A program made the position numbers and the translations under genes. Shown piece after piece: positions 30,201 to 38,683 of a stretch of DNA of 64,000 nucleotides. The notes beneath the pieces are model-generated. The model had not been told where the DNA came from. It searched no databases and saw only the letters and a program-made list of their open reading frames with translations. Source of the DNA: a bacterium (GTDB taxonomy: Bacteria > Planctomycetota > Phycisphaerae > Phycisphaerales > SM1A02). How positions within the stretch are numbered: the stretch's first letter is position 1; the number at the start of each line of letters is the position of its first letter. The stretch lies in contig JAPOKA010000007.1 in the NCBI GenBank assembly GCA_029977865.1, positions 5 to 64,004 of the forward strand, read 5' to 3'.

Positions 30201-30980
30201 CTAATCGAGGATGCGGCCGACAAGGTAGTGGAAGAGGATGCGAAATCCACCGGTCCAGCGCTGGCCCTTCTCTCGCGAGTACTCGTCGTAGCGGATATGG
30301 ACGGGAATCTCCTCGACGCGAAGTCCGCTGCGGGCGATGAGATCGATCAGCTCGCTTGCGTGAGCCATGCGGTCGGCGGTGATCTCGAGTCGCTCGGCGG
30401 CCTCGCGTGAGAAGACCCGCAGACCGTTGTGCACATCCGAGAGCTCGATGCCGCTGCAGACTCGGTGAAAGAGGACCGCCGACTTGAGCAGCAGCCGCCG
30501 GCCCGCCGGCACGTTCGAGCCGCGATCGGCGAATCGGTTTCCGAGCGCAATGTCGCAGGCACCGTCGGCCACTCGCTCGACCATGCGCTCGAGGTCGCGC
30601 ACGTCGTGCTGGCCGTCGGCGTCGAAGTGGGCGATGCGCCGGGCGCCGCGAGCGAGCGCAAATGCGGTGCCGGTCTGCAGAGCCGCCCCCTGACCGCGAT
30701 TGACGAGGTGCCTGAGCAGCCAGGTCGCATGGGGCCTCGCCGCCTCGACCGAGTCGTCGGCGGAGCCGTCATCGACGACCACCACATTGGCGAACCGACG
30801 ACGCAACCCCTTCAGGACCCGCGCGATCACCGCCGCCTCGTTGTAGAGAGGCACCACGACCCAGGTCTCCGAGTCCCGTAACTCGGTCTCGCGTGGGCAG
30901 GGAGGTTGCTGAGGGTTGACAGCCACGATTGGACGATAGCCCCGATTTCCAGAGAGTCTCCGCGGCCGGTTGGGATCCAT
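30201..30980 (-). CDS. Glycosyltransferase family 2, polyprenyl-phosphate sugar synthase-like (DPM1/GtrB/ArnC type)
   Basis: VVVPLYNEA, VVVDDGSADDS, NRGQGAALQTG, FDADGQHD. The ATG 30980 start is uncertain: in-frame GTG 30926 avoids overlap with the divergent gene, and GC3 upstream of it is low. Confidence 0.85.
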   Translation of the reverse strand: MDPNRPRRLSGNRGYRPIVAVNPQQPPCPRETELRDSETWVVVPLYNEAAVIARVLKGLRRRFANVVVVDDGSADDSVEAARPHATWLLRHLVNRGQGAALQTGTAFALARGARRIAHFDADGQHDVRDLERMVERVADGACDIALGNRFADRGSNVPAGRRLLLKSAVLFHRVCSGIELSDVHNGLRVFSREAAERLEITADRMAHASELIDLIARSGLRVEEIPVHIRYDEYSREKGQRWTGGFRILFHYLVGRILD

Positions 30981-32925
30981 GAGTCACGCCGAAACACAGC
31001 CGATACAGCCGCGCGGCGAGCGTCGGATAACCAGCGACGCCGCCGGCGCACATTGGCGACGGTGGCTGATGCTGGCGGTGTTGATCCTCGCCAACGTCGT
31101 CGCCTGGCGCAGCACTCTCGAGGGTCGATTCGTCTTCGACGACGTGGTGATCCTCGTCGAGGGCGAGAAGCGGCTCGCCGAGCCCTGGCCGTTGTCGCGG
31201 AGCCTTCGCTTCGAGCAGCGGCCCCTGACCTGGATCACCTTCGCGCTCAATCACGCTGCGGGTGGTCTCGAGCCCCGCGGCTATCGCCTGGTGAACCTCG
31301 TTCTTCACCTCGCGGCGGCGGTGCTGCTCTTCGCGGCGGTGCGCGAGGGCGTGCGCCACCGTCCGAGGCAATCCGAGCCGACCAATCCCGAACACGATTC
31401 GCGCCGGGCCGACTGGATCGCCCTCGCGACCGCGCTCTTGTGGTCGTTGCATCCACTCGCGACCTCTGCGGCCGGATACGTGGTGCAGCGTGCGGAGGTC
31501 CTGGTCGCGGTGTGGACCATGGCCGCGGCGTATGCGCTCCTGCGCAGTCTCCGCAGCAGCACGCCGGCAGCCTGGCTCGCGGCGATGTCGACTTCGGTGG
31601 TGCTGGCGATCCTCTCCAAGCCGACCGCGGTGTTCCTGCCGCCGCTCCTTCTGGTGATCGACTGGTGCTTGTCGCAAGATCGCCTCGGCTCGATCGCCGC
31701 TCGCCGCGGGTGGGCGCATGGCGTGAACTTCGCAGCGGTGCTGCTTCTCGTCCCGCTTGGCGTGATCGGCGGGCTCGCCGCCACCGATGCCGGACCCACC
31801 GGCGCCGGGATGGGAGTCGCGGGCACTTCGCCGCTCGATTACGCGCTGGTGCAGATACGCGCCATCGGCCTCTACATCGAACTCTGCTGGTGGCCGGTCG
31901 GACTGTCGATCGACCATGGCGCCTCGGCCCTGGCGCCGACGCGACTTGCCTGGATCGGCGGCGCGGCGCTTCTCGTCGCCACCTTCGCCTCGTTGGCCGG
32001 TCTGGTGGGTCGGCGGTGGTGGGGGGTGATTCCCGCGATGCTGCTTCTCTCGCTCGCGCCCTCGTCGAGCGTGGTGCCGGTCGCAGACCCGGTCGCCGAG
32101 CATCGCATGTACCTGCCCCTGATCGCGGTGACGCTTGCGGTCTCGTGCGGCATGGCTGCGTTGGTATCTGCGCTTGGTCGCGGCAGCCCGGCGCGAGGCC
32201 GGGTGGCGGCGGTGTCGGCGATCGCGGCGCTGGCGGCGGTGGCGACCGCGGAGGGGATTCGAACCCACCGCCGCTGCGGCGACTATGCGCAACCGGCCGC
32301 GCTGTGGAGCGAGGTGCTCGACCGCCGGCCCGATGATCTGAGAGCGCTCTTGAATCGCTCGCAGGCCTTGATCGAAGCGGGTGACCCCGAAGCCGCGGAG
32401 GCGGACCTCGAACGGGTGCAGCGGCTCGCACCCGGCGATCCGCGGGTACTGCTCAATCGCGCCATCCTCGAGATCGAGTCCGGCGACGCGGAGTCGGCGC
32501 TGCCGCGCATCGAACTCGCGATCGCGGCCTTCCCGCGCCTCGCCGCCGGCCACGCTGCCCGGGGCGATGCGCTGCGGATGCTCGGGCGACCGCTCGAGGC
32601 GATCGAGAGCTATCGCCGCGCCGAACGCTGGCGGCCGACCGAGCCTCTGCTGCCGCTCTCCCGTGGCAATGCCCTTGCCGAACTTGGAAGCCTCGACGAG
32701 GCCGCGGCGGCCTTTGCACTCGCAGCGAAGCTCGCCGACGCAGCCGGCGAACCGTCGGTGGCGGCGAGCGGGTGGTTCAATCTCGGCAACATGCACTTCA
32801 TCGCCGAGCGCTACCTCGAGTCCGTGGCCGCCTACGACGAGGCACTTGCCCGCGAGCCGGACCACGCCGAGGCGCAGCATTGGCGGGCGGAGGCGTCGGC
32901 GCTTGCCGAGGGAGCGTCGCCGTGA
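30979..32925 (+). CDS. GT-C-like membrane glycosyltransferase (TMTC/DUF1736-like) with C-terminal TPR repeats
   Basis: ATG 30979 (the track used TTG 30970). FVFDDVVIL, QRPLTWITFALNHAAGGLEPRGYRLVNLVLHLAAAVLLF and AEHRMYLPLI, with about 11-12 TM segments. TPR units follow (LIEAGDPEAAEADLERV, GRPLEAIESYRRA, ERYLESVAAYDEAL). Confidence 0.8.
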   Translation: MSHAETQPIQPRGERRITSDAAGAHWRRWLMLAVLILANVVAWRSTLEGRFVFDDVVILVEGEKRLAEPWPLSRSLRFEQRPLTWITFALNHAAGGLEPRGYRLVNLVLHLAAAVLLFAAVREGVRHRPRQSEPTNPEHDSRRADWIALATALLWSLHPLATSAAGYVVQRAEVLVAVWTMAAAYALLRSLRSSTPAAWLAAMSTSVVLAILSKPTAVFLPPLLLVIDWCLSQDRLGSIAARRGWAHGVNFAAVLLLVPLGVIGGLAATDAGPTGAGMGVAGTSPLDYALVQIRAIGLYIELCWWPVGLSIDHGASALAPTRLAWIGGAALLVATFASLAGLVGRRWWGVIPAMLLLSLAPSSSVVPVADPVAEHRMYLPLIAVTLAVSCGMAALVSALGRGSPARGRVAAVSAIAALAAVATAEGIRTHRRCGDYAQPAALWSEVLDRRPDDLRALLNRSQALIEAGDPEAAEADLERVQRLAPGDPRVLLNRAILEIESGDAESALPRIELAIAAFPRLAAGHAARGDALRMLGRPLEAIESYRRAERWRPTEPLLPLSRGNALAELGSLDEAAAAFALAAKLADAAGEPSVAASGWFNLGNMHFIAERYLESVAAYDEALAREPDHAEAQHWRAEASALAEGASP

Positions 32926-34001
32926 CCGCGGTCCGCGATGTGACCCTGGTGATTCCCGCTCGTGACGCCATGCGAACGATCGAGCGCTGCCTCGATGCGG
33001 CGATCGCGGTTCGCGACCGAACCGGTTCGCGGCTGGCGCGGATCCTGCTTGTCGACGACGGCTCGCGCGACGGGACTGCGGCAGCCGCGGCGGCTCGGGG
33101 GATCGAGGTGCTGAGCGGTTCGGGCAGCGGTCCGGGTGCCGCAAGGAACCTCGGATGGCGGGCGGCGACGACGCCACTGGTGTGGTTCGTCGACAGCGAC
33201 TGCGTGTGCGAGCCGGAGTCGCTTGAGCGGCTTCTTCCGCATCTTCTCGATCCGCAGGTCGCCGGCGTGTCGGGCACCTATTCGATTGCGAACGACGCCT
33301 CGCTTCTCGAGCGGCTGATCCACGAGGAGATCATGGTGCGGCATGCCCGCATGCCCGAGGAGACGGACTTCCTCGCGACCTACGACGTCGTCTATCGCCG
33401 CGAAGTGCTCGAGGCGCTTCAAGGCTTCGACGAGCGCTATCTCAAGGGCCAGGACGCGGAACTGGCGTTTCGCGTGCTCGAGGCGGGCCATCGCCTGCGC
33501 TTCGAACGCGGTTCGCGGGTGATGCACTTCCATGCCGATCGGCTTTCGCGATACCTCAAGGTCCAGCGGCAGCAGGGGTACTGGCGGGTGGCGCTGCACC
33601 TCGCGCATCCCGGCCGCGGCAGCAACCGCTACAGCGGCACGCTCGACCACCTGCAGCCGTTCGTCGCGGCAGCGGTGGGGCCGGCGGTGATCGCGGCGAT
33701 CGTGATGACGATCTGGTTCGATGCGGTTCGCGGCAGCGCGAATGATGGCGTCGCGTGGTTGTCGCCGCTGACGGGGTGGATCCTGCCGGCCGCGCTGGTT
33801 GCGATGCTCCTCTTGATGCAGCTGCCGATGGCGCTCGCGATGGTGCGCCGTGCGGGCAGTGAGATGGTGTGGTTCGTGCCGCTTGGAGCGATTCGGGCGT
33901 GCTGGCGTGCGATGGGCCTCGTGCAGGGCGTTGCCGATCGAATGCTCGGCCGCGGCGCGATTTCGGCGAAGGCCCTCCCCCAAGCCGGAGGAACCGCCTG
34001 A
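32922..34001 (+). CDS. Glycosyltransferase family 2 with C-terminal TM segments
   Basis: GTG 32922 overlaps the upstream stop (GTGA). LVIPARD, LLVDDGSRDGT, FVDSDC, QRQQGYWRV, then TM helices (PFVAAAVGPAVIAAIVMTIWF; ILPAALVAMLLLMQLPMALAMV). Confidence 0.85.
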   Translation: MTAVRDVTLVIPARDAMRTIERCLDAAIAVRDRTGSRLARILLVDDGSRDGTAAAAAARGIEVLSGSGSGPGAARNLGWRAATTPLVWFVDSDCVCEPESLERLLPHLLDPQVAGVSGTYSIANDASLLERLIHEEIMVRHARMPEETDFLATYDVVYRREVLEALQGFDERYLKGQDAELAFRVLEAGHRLRFERGSRVMHFHADRLSRYLKVQRQQGYWRVALHLAHPGRGSNRYSGTLDHLQPFVAAAVGPAVIAAIVMTIWFDAVRGSANDGVAWLSPLTGWILPAALVAMLLLMQLPMALAMVRRAGSEMVWFVPLGAIRACWRAMGLVQGVADRMLGRGAISAKALPQAGGTA

Positions 34002-36709
34002 TGGAGGTTCCCTTCGCGAACTCGGACCTCGCGACCCTGCTGCCGACCGCCTTCTGGTTGCTGCTGCTCCTTCCGGGCTGGGCGTTGGCGCGGCGGCTCG
34101 CGCCACGCGACCTCGAGGGTCCGCTGATCGCCTCGGTCGCGGTCGCCTACACCACGCTCCTTGCCTGTCTCGCGCCGCTGGTGGCGCTGGGCTATCTCCT
34201 GTCTCTGCCGGTCTGGATCCTGTCGGCGTTGCTCGGTGCCGCGATCCTCTGGGGCGGCTTCGACGCGGTGCGGGCGGGCCGCTGGCGCCGGTTGGGAGGC
34301 GTGCTGCTCGCTGCAGCGTGCCTCGAGATGCTGGTGGTGGTGGCGGACATGTGGCTCTCGCAGCGCACCGGCGCGATGTTGGGGGCCGATGCGCGGATCC
34401 ACATCACTCGCGTTCGCTTCCTCTACGAGCATGGGCTCTCGAATCTCGATCCCTTCGTCGAAGCCCGCTATCCCTATCCGATCTACCACACGAACCTGTG
34501 GCACGCGCTGCTCGCGTCGGGGTCTCGGCTGCTCGCGATCGATCCGCTCGCGATGTGGTTCGGATCACTGGCCGCGAGCAAGCTGATGATCGCCTCGGGA
34601 CTCGCCTACCTTGCGTGGGCGACTCTCGGCGGACGCTGGCCGGCGTGGGTCGCGGCGGTGATGGTGATCGCGATCCGCGGACCGACCACCTTCTCGCTCT
34701 ATCCCAACCAGTTGGCGCCGTGGTTCCTGATTCCGGTCCTGGCGGGAGTCCTGATCCGCGCCGTCGCGCCCGGACGAGAGGAAGCGGTCGAGGCTCAGCC
34801 TCGCAAGGCGCCCGGTGCGCTTGAGACGGGTCTTCGCGTGGCTGCGGTTGCGGTGGTGGTGGGGATGTTCCATCCGCTCTACGCGGGCTTCGCACTCGTC
34901 GCCTTTGCGCCGGTGATGGGGTTGGCGGCGGTGGTCGCGTGGTGGCGTGTGCGCTCGAACTCCGCCGAGGATCGCAGTCGATCGGCGTCGATGGCGGTGG
35001 TGGCTCTGGTGGTCGCATCGTTGCCGATGCCCTTGGTGACGCAGATGTGGACGGCGCCATGGATCGAGGTGAACTCGCCGGAGCGCCGAGCCCAGATCCG
35101 CGCAGCCGAACGAGCCGGCGATCCGCTTTCGGGGCGCATTCCGCGGCGAGGCGAGGAGTGGATGCATCCGGCGCCCGATCGCGGATCGGCCGGGGAGGTC
35201 GTCATTTCGCCCGATTCGCTGCTCGAGGTTCCCGACGATGCGGGTACGGAAATGCCTCTCCTCGACGACGAGCCGGAGGAGTCGGACGAGGTCGATTCCG
35301 GCGAAGGAGCCGAGACGCCGCCCCTTGGGATCGAAAGGGCGCCGGGTTTCACGGTCTTCGAAGGAACGACCATCGCCCGCACGCCGGGACGAGGATTCAC
35401 CGGCGGATGGTGGCGGGTCTGGTCCATGCTGCTCGCGATGGCGGTGGTGATCGTGGTGCGGCGGCGGGTGGCGCCGCTCGTGCTGGTGGGATTCATCGCG
35501 ACGGTGCTTGCGGTCATGCTGGTGCCGGCCTTGTGCACGCGGGCGCTGCGGGTGCTGGGATCGCTGTGGATGCTGCAGCGATTCGAGACCCTCGCGGATG
35601 TCCTGTGGATCGCGGTCTCGGCGCCGGCGGTGGCGGCGGCGCTCGAGCCGCTCGTGCGGTGGCGGTGGTTGCAGTCGCCGCTGTCCATGCTGGCGATTCC
35701 GCTCGCGCTGCAGCATGGCCACTTCTCGGCTCCATACGACTGGGCCGGCTATCGCCAGCGGGCCGAAGCGCCGACGGATCAGCGATTCGGTCGCGAGTTT
35801 CGCCAGCTCGCGCGATTGCAGGTTGCCCTGCAGCGGTTCCTGCCCGAGGGCGCGGTGGTGGTGGCGGACCCCTCGATCGGCGATCGCCTGACCATGCTCC
35901 ACGATGTGCGGCTCGTGGCGAGCCAGCGGTCGAGCACCGGCGTCACCTTCATGCGACAGCGGACGAGAGATGTGGGGCTCATGCTCGACGGCAAGACGCG
36001 CGAGGGCCTTCGCACCGAGCTCTTCGATCGCTACGGGGCCACCCATCTGGTCGAACGCGGAGCGCTTCGCGGCTGGGTCGAGCTCTGGGCCCGGAACCGC
36101 GCCCACTGGGGCGGGTACGCGTTCGTCGAACTCGCCGAGGAGCCGGACTGGAGTCGCGTCGCCTGGAAGAGGGTGCGCGATGCGGAGCGGCTGATGCGTC
36201 GGGGCAGGCACGAGAGTGCTCGGCCGATGCTCGAGGCGGCCTTGGCGGAGATCGACCAAACCGATCCGGGCGCCGATCTGGTGTGGTTCAGGCTCGGCAA
36301 TGCGCGGTTGTGGACCGGAGATCCGCAGGCCGCCCGCGTGGCCTACGAGCGGGCGATATCGATTCGCGACGACGATCCTCGATTCCAGATCATGCTCGGC
36401 AATGCCCTTGTCGAGGTCGGCGAGGTCGAAGCCTCGCTCGAACGCTTCGAGATCGCCGCGACGGTGGCGCTCGCAGAGGACGATCCTTCGCTCGCGGCGA
36501 GTTCTCTGTTCAACCTCGGCAATTCGCAGTTCAGGCTTGGGCGTTGGAACGACGCCATCGCCGCCTATGAGCGCGCGCTGGCCCTGCAGCCGCTGCATCC
36601 GCAGGCCCGGTACTGGCGCGAGGAGGCGCAGCGGGAGATCGCCTTCGAGAATGCCGACTCCGCACTGCCCGAGTCGGACTCCGAGGCCACCGCACCCGAC
36701 GATCAGTGA
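34001..36709 (+). CDS. Large multi-pass membrane protein (902 aa) with an acidic linker and C-terminal TPR module; family unknown
   Basis: ATG 34001 overlaps the upstream stop (TGATG). At least 10 TM segments in two blocks, separated by DDEPEESDEVDSGEGAE. The C-terminal TPR FNLGNSQFRLGRWNDAIAAYERALALQPLHPQARYWREEA parallels the tail of 30979..32925. Confidence 0.75.
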   Translation: MEVPFANSDLATLLPTAFWLLLLLPGWALARRLAPRDLEGPLIASVAVAYTTLLACLAPLVALGYLLSLPVWILSALLGAAILWGGFDAVRAGRWRRLGGVLLAAACLEMLVVVADMWLSQRTGAMLGADARIHITRVRFLYEHGLSNLDPFVEARYPYPIYHTNLWHALLASGSRLLAIDPLAMWFGSLAASKLMIASGLAYLAWATLGGRWPAWVAAVMVIAIRGPTTFSLYPNQLAPWFLIPVLAGVLIRAVAPGREEAVEAQPRKAPGALETGLRVAAVAVVVGMFHPLYAGFALVAFAPVMGLAAVVAWWRVRSNSAEDRSRSASMAVVALVVASLPMPLVTQMWTAPWIEVNSPERRAQIRAAERAGDPLSGRIPRRGEEWMHPAPDRGSAGEVVISPDSLLEVPDDAGTEMPLLDDEPEESDEVDSGEGAETPPLGIERAPGFTVFEGTTIARTPGRGFTGGWWRVWSMLLAMAVVIVVRRRVAPLVLVGFIATVLAVMLVPALCTRALRVLGSLWMLQRFETLADVLWIAVSAPAVAAALEPLVRWRWLQSPLSMLAIPLALQHGHFSAPYDWAGYRQRAEAPTDQRFGREFRQLARLQVALQRFLPEGAVVVADPSIGDRLTMLHDVRLVASQRSSTGVTFMRQRTRDVGLMLDGKTREGLRTELFDRYGATHLVERGALRGWVELWARNRAHWGGYAFVELAEEPDWSRVAWKRVRDAERLMRRGRHESARPMLEAALAEIDQTDPGADLVWFRLGNARLWTGDPQAARVAYERAISIRDDDPRFQIMLGNALVEVGEVEASLERFEIAATVALAEDDPSLAASSLFNLGNSQFRLGRWNDAIAAYERALALQPLHPQARYWREEAQREIAFENADSALPESDSEATAPDDQ

Positions 36710-37692
36710 TCGCTTCGAGCGGGTCGCCCGCCGCGGCTTGGCGCGCAGACGCCCTCGACGAGACCGAACCCGTAGGCGATCCAGCGTCGTCCCCGGACTC
36801 GCATCGCGGTGCCACCGAGGATGCCTGCGATGGCGGTCGCGCCGCCGAGGGGAATCCACACCGCGGCCTTGCAGAGACAGACCAGGTTCGCCCGCAACGG
36901 ACCGTGGAGGTCGCGCTCGATCAGCGGCACGCACCGGCCGACCGTGCGAAGCCGCGAGACCAGCCAAGCGGCGGTGGTCCGGCGAGGATCGATCGACTCG
37001 ATCACCACGGCGTCGTTCGCCCACGCGATGCGGGCACCCGATCGGGCCAGCCGGGCGAAGAAGTGGCGATCCTCGCCGAGCCGGAGGAAGGAGTCGTCGA
37101 ACCAGCGATCGAGGCGGGAAAGCAGCGCCGCGTCGAAGAGGATGTTGTTGGTGAAGGCCCACGGCCGAGTGGTGCCGGTCGGGAAGGACTGTCGCGCGAA
37201 GAACCCGCCTCTCGCGACCCACCGCGGCGGCGCCTCTTCGAAGCGCGGCTCGACGGGTCCGGTGACGATGTCTGCGCGGTGTTCTCGCTTCACCTTGAGG
37301 AGTTCGGCCAGCCAGCCCGCGGGCGCGATCTCGTCGTCGTCGATGAATCCGATGAGTCCGCGGTCTCCCACGATCTCGCGGGCGACGGCGAGGCCGCGGT
37401 TTCGTGGCGGTGCGATGCCGCGCTGTGGTTCGTCGTGCACCGCCACCGCCATGCCGGTCCGCTCGGCCACCGCGATCGCGGCCTGCCGAGGCGCCGGGTC
37501 CTGTGGGTCGTTGTTGACGACGACTGCGCAGAGCAGGAACGGATCCGCCGCAGACGGCTGTTGCTGCGCGAGGCTCTCGAGCGTGCGGGCGAGGCCCTCC
37601 GCGCGATGAAGGGTCGAGATCGAGATCGCGATCCGCACCGGACCGGTTCCGGCGTGTCGCTCGTTCGGGGCGTGATCGAGCTCAGCCGCCAT
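36703..37692 (-). CDS. Glycosyltransferase family 2
   Basis: Track ORF trimmed to ATG 37692. VRIAISISTLHRAEGLARTLESL, FIDDDE, GEDRHFFARLARSGARI. Paralog of the gene immediately upstream. Confidence 0.8.
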   Translation of the reverse strand: MAAELDHAPNERHAGTGPVRIAISISTLHRAEGLARTLESLAQQQPSAADPFLLCAVVVNNDPQDPAPRQAAIAVAERTGMAVAVHDEPQRGIAPPRNRGLAVAREIVGDRGLIGFIDDDEIAPAGWLAELLKVKREHRADIVTGPVEPRFEEAPPRWVARGGFFARQSFPTGTTRPWAFTNNILFDAALLSRLDRWFDDSFLRLGEDRHFFARLARSGARIAWANDAVVIESIDPRRTTAAWLVSRLRTVGRCVPLIERDLHGPLRANLVCLCKAAVWIPLGGATAIAGILGGTAMRVRGRRWIAYGFGLVEGVCAPSRGGRPARSDH

Positions 37693-38626
37693 GGTGGGTT
37701 CGATACTCCTCGTGCTGCGCGAGGCCAAGGGCGCCGGCGGCGAGGCCACGGGCCTTGGCAAGATCCTGCAGGCACGCAACCGCGGCGCCGCTCAGGCCGC
37801 GACGGGCGAGTCCGGTGATGAATCGGAACGGCCCCCGCAGGAGATAGCGGAAGGCGAGCCAGAGCAGTCCGGTCCTTCCTCGCTCGCCGAGGTCGCGGGC
37901 GATCCAGGCATCGGTGGCGCCGATGCGGTAGGCCCGCTGCCTCGCCCAGGCGATCGTCAGCCGACTCGCGGGAGTCCATTCGCGACAGATCGCCTCGCGG
38001 CACCACACGATTCGACCTCCCGCGCGTGCGAGCCGCGAGAAGAAGTGGGTATCGCTGCCGCCGGTCATGGCGAGGCGTTCATCGAAGCGAAGGTTCAACC
38101 GACGAATCGCCTCGGTGCGGACCAGCACGTTGTGGGTGAAGGCGGTCGGCCGCGCCGTGCCGGTCGGGAAGTCGAGGCAGTCGAATGCGCCGCTGCCGTG
38201 GGCCCAACCCGGCAGGGTGGCGTCACGCTCGAAGGCGGCGAGGGCGGGACCGGTCACCGCGTCGGCGGCGGTGTGGGAAAGGGTCGCCACGAGTTCCCGA
38301 AGCCACGACGGATCGGCGGTCTCGTCGTCGTCGATGAACGCCACCGCGTCGACCGAGGAGTCTCCCTCGCCTGCGAGCGCCAACTCGAGCACGCGATTGC
38401 GTGCCGCCGGGATGCCGAGCCTCGGCTCGAAGCAGCGTGTCAAGGGAAGCGAGCAGGGCGGCATCGAGCCGATTCCCGGCGGATCGTCGTTCTCGACGAG
38501 CAGCACTTCGACTTCGAGGTTTTCGGACCTTGGCCCGGCTGCGAGTTCGAGGTGCCCGAGCGATTCGAGCAGCCTCGCGAGTCCTTGCGGACGTCGCCGG
38601 GTGATCACGCCGATTGCGATCCGCAT
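37682..38626 (-). CDS. Glycosyltransferase family 2
   Basis: MRIAIGVITRRRPQGLARLLESL, FIDDDE, GGSDTHFFSRLARAGGRI. The stop overlaps the next GT2 start by 11 nt. Confidence 0.8.
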   Translation of the reverse strand: MRIAIGVITRRRPQGLARLLESLGHLELAAGPRSENLEVEVLLVENDDPPGIGSMPPCSLPLTRCFEPRLGIPAARNRVLELALAGEGDSSVDAVAFIDDDETADPSWLRELVATLSHTAADAVTGPALAAFERDATLPGWAHGSGAFDCLDFPTGTARPTAFTHNVLVRTEAIRRLNLRFDERLAMTGGSDTHFFSRLARAGGRIVWCREAICREWTPASRLTIAWARQRAYRIGATDAWIARDLGERGRTGLLWLAFRYLLRGPFRFITGLARRGLSGAAVACLQDLAKARGLAAGALGLAQHEEYRTHHGG

Positions 38627-38683
38627 GCGGGGTCCGTTGCCGGAAAGAGCCTTCGTTCGAGTGTACCGTCGCCCTGTCTCGCC

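Noticed and set aside
34565-37222. 885-aa minus-strand ORF (and 34939..36570 plus, off-frame).
   Set aside because: It overlaps the GC3-rich 902-aa membrane/TPR gene and the GT2 gene, and has no motifs.
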